A stretch of DNA of 53,832 nt, counting the filler, from Dimargaris cristalligena (lineage: Eukaryota), in assembly GCA_003614675.1 (NCBI GenBank). It is 3 parts of 3 records of this genome, joined end to end, with 100 filler letters (N's around TTAATTAATTAA, not from the genome) between each part and the next. Parts side by side here need not be neighbours in the genome. Positions count along the whole stretch, not along the records: positions 36,040 to 53,832 come from ML002789.1; 2 more parts are not named here. The stretch is one strand, 5' to 3'. The notes beneath the pieces are model-generated. The model searched no databases. It was not told where the DNA came from and saw nothing but the letters and a program-made list of their open reading frames with translations. Positions within the stretch are counted from its first letter, which is position 1; the number at the start of each line of letters is the position of its first letter. Positions 49,048 to 53,832 of the stretch are shown one piece after another. The position numbers and the translations under genes were made by a program.

Positions 49048-51037
49048 TCACGAAGGATTCAATATATTATAAATTCCAACGTAGTCTTCACTTCCAGTAT
49101 TGGATGTCACCGGTGTGTCCAGTACCACTTCAAGTTGCTCGAGGTATTCGGGCTTCAGGCTTTCGGAAAATAGGTCGAGACTTAAATAATTCGTTGCCCC
49201 GGGTCCCATATTCGATACCAAAGGTAATTCATCGCGGTCGAAGTTCGGCATATATGCCAGTAGGCCCATTTGGTTATCGTCGGTGAGGTGAATGTGCGTA
49301 ATGATCGGCAAATCATTAAATTCGTCGTAACTATCCGCATCTTCCGCGATTTCCTCATTGGCCAAAAAGTCGGGTGAAGCTCCGACATTAGAACCGGAAT
49401 CGGTCTTTTGAATTCCTTCACTAGGTTGGGCCAACTCCCATTGGGAAGCCAAGAACCCCGCCCCGTTGGGTAAATTGATCATTTTCATAATATTCACCAA
49501 TTCCCATTGGGCTTTACGCAGGTCATTGGCCGCAATACCTGAGCTGGGATCGATGTACACCTTGGTAAACTCGGTTAGCCATTCTGGTTGTTGAGCAACG
49601 GCAGCCAAAAGGACGGCGAATTGGTTGAACGAATGGTAAATTCTAAGGCCCTTGTCATGTTCCGGGTAAGTGCGTTCCAACCACAGTTTCAAGCCGGCCA
49701 TAAAGTCCAGTAGCTCCTTGAACCGAAGTTCAGTGGACAAACGGGTCATAATCATGGGTATGATGTTTAGAATCAGACCATCGAGCCACTTGGGTAGATC
49801 GGTAGTAAAGGCTACAGGGGCAATAGCAGGCTGGTTGGGGCTGTCGGTATCCAACAAAATTGGGTCGGGAAATATTTTTCGTCGAATCTGGTCCACCTTT
49901 TCCAGCTCCTTCGGAGGGCAACTTTCACGACTGGACAGGACCTTTAGTGAGGAAGTCCCCAAAATATTGAACATCTCCAACAATTCCTTCCCATCATTTT
50001 GTTGGTCCACCAGGGCCAGTAGGGGAAAGCGAGACGCCAGGATGGGTGGGGGCAGTGTCTTGGTATTGATATACTGCCAAGTAGCAGCGGCGGGCTGGAA
50101 AAAGGGATTGTTCTGGTTGGACAAAAGGTATTGGTAGAAGTCGGATACCACTTTCCGTGGAATGAAATGGTTGGGGTTACGGCTGGACCGTTTTATTAAC
50201 CCCACAGTTGGATCCCAGGAACTGACCGCATTGAGAAACAAATTGGCCGCGAGAGGTTGGGCCACTAGCTGGTTCCAGGCTTGAAATACTTTGTACGGCT
50301 CGGAAGATTGACTGTCCTCGGCCAAGGCAAGAGCCGTTTTTAGAGAATCGTATAATTCCTAAAAAGTTTCATAATTATATAGAGACAGTGAAGTGAGGTC
50401 AGTCAGGGATGTTGATAATTCGAAAAAAGGGTTGGAGTGCCGACCAACCAAAGGATCCGACTCCAATCCGAAGACCAAGAACACACACCAAGTATATAGG
50501 GCCCTGGAACAGCAAGGCGGGACTTGATTGTGGGGAAATATCATTTCAATTTCCTGGCTGGGCCATCAATTGCCAGGCTGGCACCATACAGCGGCAAAGC
50601 TGTAAGGAGGCCCAGTACCAGGGACATGGTCTACTTGAGGTAGGTGTGCACACGGGTGCTGATACAGCTAGTGTGATATTGAGGCACCAGTGTTACCCAT
50701 TGTTCCCGCCGAAATATACTATTACAATTGTGCTTACCTGTGTCAACTTGTAGTCAGCATTTAAGGCGTAGCTTTGATATTCTTTAGACAATTGGGACAG
50801 ATGGTGGCGCGTGAGCGGCGAAGAGTCTACAGCGATCTTTTGCATCAGCTCGCCAGGCAAGCGGCCCGAATGTTTAAGCCCTTTCACCTTGGGACTCTGT
50901 TCCACATCGAAGTCGTCGCGGTCGTGGGAGTGCATGGATATACTGGGGGCCGCGGATGCATATTGAATGGCTAAACTGAAAGCGAGGCCCATAAGAAGGG
51001 GCCACCCCATTCTGCGACCTACTCGTTGGTTCGACAT
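49048..51037 (-). CDS. Secreted hypothetical protein with N-terminal F-box-like motif; exons 51037-50738, 50358-49048 (~536 aa; alternative ATG at 51010)
   Basis: CAG|GTAAGC donor, CTGAC branch site and TTTTTAG acceptor join two ORFs in phase 0; signal peptide ..WPLLMGLAFSLAIQYASA|AP; LPGELMQKI...LSQLSKEY at 50860-50777. Confidence 0.8.
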
Positions 51038-52482
51038 AATTGGGAATTGCCTGTTAGGATCGCAGGGGGGGGGATACTGGGATTCGGAATGAAGAACGAG
51101 GAAAAACAAATTGTCACCGGTACGTAAAGTGAATTGAGTCAATTGACCTAATATATGTGTATAGATATTAATGTCCAAATATATCCTTGGCTCGGAGAGA
51201 GAAGAGAGGGAGAATCGGGAGGATGTTGACAGGAAAAATACGCTGGTGAAAGTGATATGTAATAATCAAGAACATAAGCAAAAACTGTGATCTATGTAAG
51301 TGAAAACAATATTGGGGAAGGGAACCATGTCCTTATTTAAGCATTTCTAAAGTGTTGGAAATGAGCCCGCATGGCCGAACTGACTGTCTGGTATACACAT
51401 AGCAGATTGAAACTAAACTAATATTAGTGGAATCATATTTTTTTATGTGCTTCTATGTCTCAATGTAAGGCCTTGACCATTGCACGGAGGGGAGAGGATA
51501 GTTTTAATGTCGAACCCCGTCATTTTAAAGACGCAGTGAATGCAACAATAGTGATATTTCCAACATGTTGGACGATGTGCTACTTGAAAGCACCACAGGC
51601 AGTTCGTCCGAATAGCTGTGGACCGGCTGAAGAGAAGGGTAATCTTCCACCAACGATATTTACTCTACACGTAATACCATAATGTTCTGCAGGTTGCTTC
51701 TCTATTACACCGTTATGATGGTTAACCAATCAATCGCACTACACCCAAGTTCGATGGAAAAATCTCTGCAAGACGAGAGATGTTCACCTAGTCTCCTTTA
51801 ATGGTAATGGGAGGCGAATGTTGATATGAGTGGTCCGCGCCTAAGTCTAATGCACTAACGGAAATGGGCGTACAAGGACTTGTGTAATAATGGTGGATAC
51901 GGGGTGTCAGTTTCAAGGGAAACTGAAGGGAGAGATATTTATATGGACCATGGATAATGGATAATGGATAAGGCTATCCAAACAGTACTCCCATCGGAGT
52001 ACCAGGAAACGAGATTACCTGCGCCAGTCCCAGCTATGAAGCACCTAGAAAAGTAGCCGTAGTCTTAGAAACTACTCTCCGTAGCCTAAGGCCTAATTGA
52101 TAGCTTGAGACACATGGTATTATTAGCGGACTTACAATAAACGGTGTTGCTACGTGCGGACGGGGGGATATGGGACGTAGTAGCTTGGATATATCGATCT
52201 AGGAATAATGAACAAAGGGAACATCCCGGGACTAGGGGGTGGTGGGAGGTGGTGCTTTCGATAACAGCCATTGGGTATAAATTCACCCGTCCTACCGGTG
52301 GTTACACCAGCTCTGCTATTAGTCGAGTGGGTAGTTACAAGGCAAAAATGGATGCTATAAAATGAATCTCTTGCATATTTTCCCTTATACATGGCATCTG
52401 GGGCCATTTACAACAAGTCTGGAATACACTTATCATGCCATGTATACTTATTGTAAATTTGAAAATTGGTATAATGGAGGCG

Positions 52483-53692
52483 AACTTTTCCCTCCCTATC
52501 TATGAGTGACCACCTCCCATAACACTGTCCAGATGAGTGGCTGAATAATTACCAATAGCAAGGGATTTCCACTGAACCTTTTGAGTTTAGGGACAAACAA
52601 TAGGGCTCCCATACAAACTATTTATTGCCAGGGTTTACAGTATAGCCCAATTTCTGTCACCAATTTCCATATTCACTATCCCCTATTGATAGACTATTTT
52701 ACATAGCTGGACTGTGGACTTCCCCATTTCATCATATTTAGGGTTTCAAAGGGATATATTGGCCCTCCTATTCTGACTTAATCCTGACTTAATAATTGTC
52801 TATCCTTATTAGGCCTTATAGTGCCATATTAACCCTCCTATAGTTACCACCAGTACTATAGGATCACCATCTATTATATAACCCTCCTTCTTCCACCCCC
52901 CCTAATACTTCACACCAAACACTCAGCTAGCTGATCCAATAACTCTTCTGGTTCTCATGAGAGTCTTCTAGATACAAGCCATCTAGTTAGACTTCTTATC
53001 TACCCATACCTAGTCTTAGTAACATTCCCCTCAGGACCTCCCATTGGATCTGTTCCTATATATATATAACTAGGCCCCACTGGGACTAGTTAGTTTCCTT
53101 AGCTTATTCTTACCCCCTAGTTTACCCCAATAAATACTATATATGCTCACTCCCCTATACTAACTAGTAAGTGTGCTACTGCATATCCCTTACATTAGTT
53201 GGTACTTATCCTTTATTAGTTAGTATTATACCCATCCTAATACTAGTAGCCACTTGGTCAAGTCTAAACCCCACCTACTGTTAGAAGCCTATCCTCAGGA
53301 CTCTTGATGGACTAAGAGTAGTAAACCCAAGCAACAGGATACTAATTATAATTTATAGGCTGGTATATTACTAGGGTTGGGATTGGAGAAGACTATATAC
53401 ATTATTGAAGTGATGAGTATATGTTGGCTATCCTTTTCCCTAGCTATAGTGAAGAGATGCCCTTCTAGTTTACCTCTTTAGACACAGCTGTGTGGTCACC
53501 TTTACTATTGAGGAATAGGTTGGAGGTACCTATTATTGTATTATTCAGAGTATTGTTTGAATTAGGCAGTAATTTATGTAGTCTTCTAGTAAAATATCAG
53601 TTAACTTACTTTCTGTAGAGCTAGTAATTAGAGGGGGAGCTATTAAAGGCCCTGCTACTATGCCCACCTTCAGAATGTTCTTTAATAGCCCT
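52483..53692. mobile_element. CpG-free degenerate repeat relic
   Basis: No CG from 52483 to the window end (1350 nt); TA/TAG-rich; no ORF >=60 aa; adjoins the LTR fragment. Confidence 0.55.
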
Positions 53693-53832
53693 TGTAAAGA
53701 ACTAAACTCAAATCCTTGAAAACTAAACTTTATTCAAAAAGATAGGTGATAAAAAGGGAAAGGTGATGATAGACTTACTGTTCCAAGAGGTGGCAGCAAG
53801 TGGGAGTATTTATACTCAAAAGAGGAAGCCTA
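53693..53832 (-). mobile_element. 3' part of an LTR (TATA, poly(A) signal, ...CA end), truncated by contig end
   Basis: Minus strand reads GAGTATAAATACTC...GAATAAAG...TTCTTTACA; last 55 nt match positions 1-55. Confidence 0.7.

Noticed and set aside
1..53832. CRISPR arrays, operons or prokaryotic defence systems
   Set aside because: No regularly spaced repeats; the genes are eukaryotic and mostly spliced.

Overview
Eukaryotic, intron-containing fungal DNA. An early-diverging, Zoopagomycota-like fungus is inferred from gene content (UBE2S, animal-like CCS, SH3BGR-like gene), ~130-800 nt GT-AG introns and C-ending codon bias; the species cannot be determined from sequence alone. The window is three unlinked ~17.9 kb contigs joined by artificial 100-nt spacers (N44-TTAATTAATTAA-N44). 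Contig 1 (1-17938): LTR end and CpG-free relic, tRNA-Arg(CCG), 3-exon ureidoglycolate lyase, a ~12.7 kb gene desert with a dense ATCWGATAA/CCAAT cluster, a homeodomain factor and the first exon of EAF3/MRG15. Contig 2 (18039-35939): tRNA-Gly(CCC), DNA polymerase delta catalytic subunit, a diverged HMT1/ABCB6-like half transporter, an SH3BGR-like gene, a B-box+DUF2009 gene and a truncated tRNA-Phe(GAA). Contig 3 (36040-53832): a coiled-coil gene 3' end, pyruvate kinase, CCS1, UBE2S, then an effector-like zone with a secreted Kex2-type peptide precursor and a secreted protein carrying an F-box-like motif, ending in a CpG-free relic and the same LTR as contig 1. A 144-bp MITE-like element occurs four times. 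Exon boundaries were derived by hand from GT/AG sites and phase continuity. Best candidates for new biology: the signal peptide + F-box protein, the secreted peptide precursor, the orphan iron-GATA motif cluster and the fixed-length MITE.
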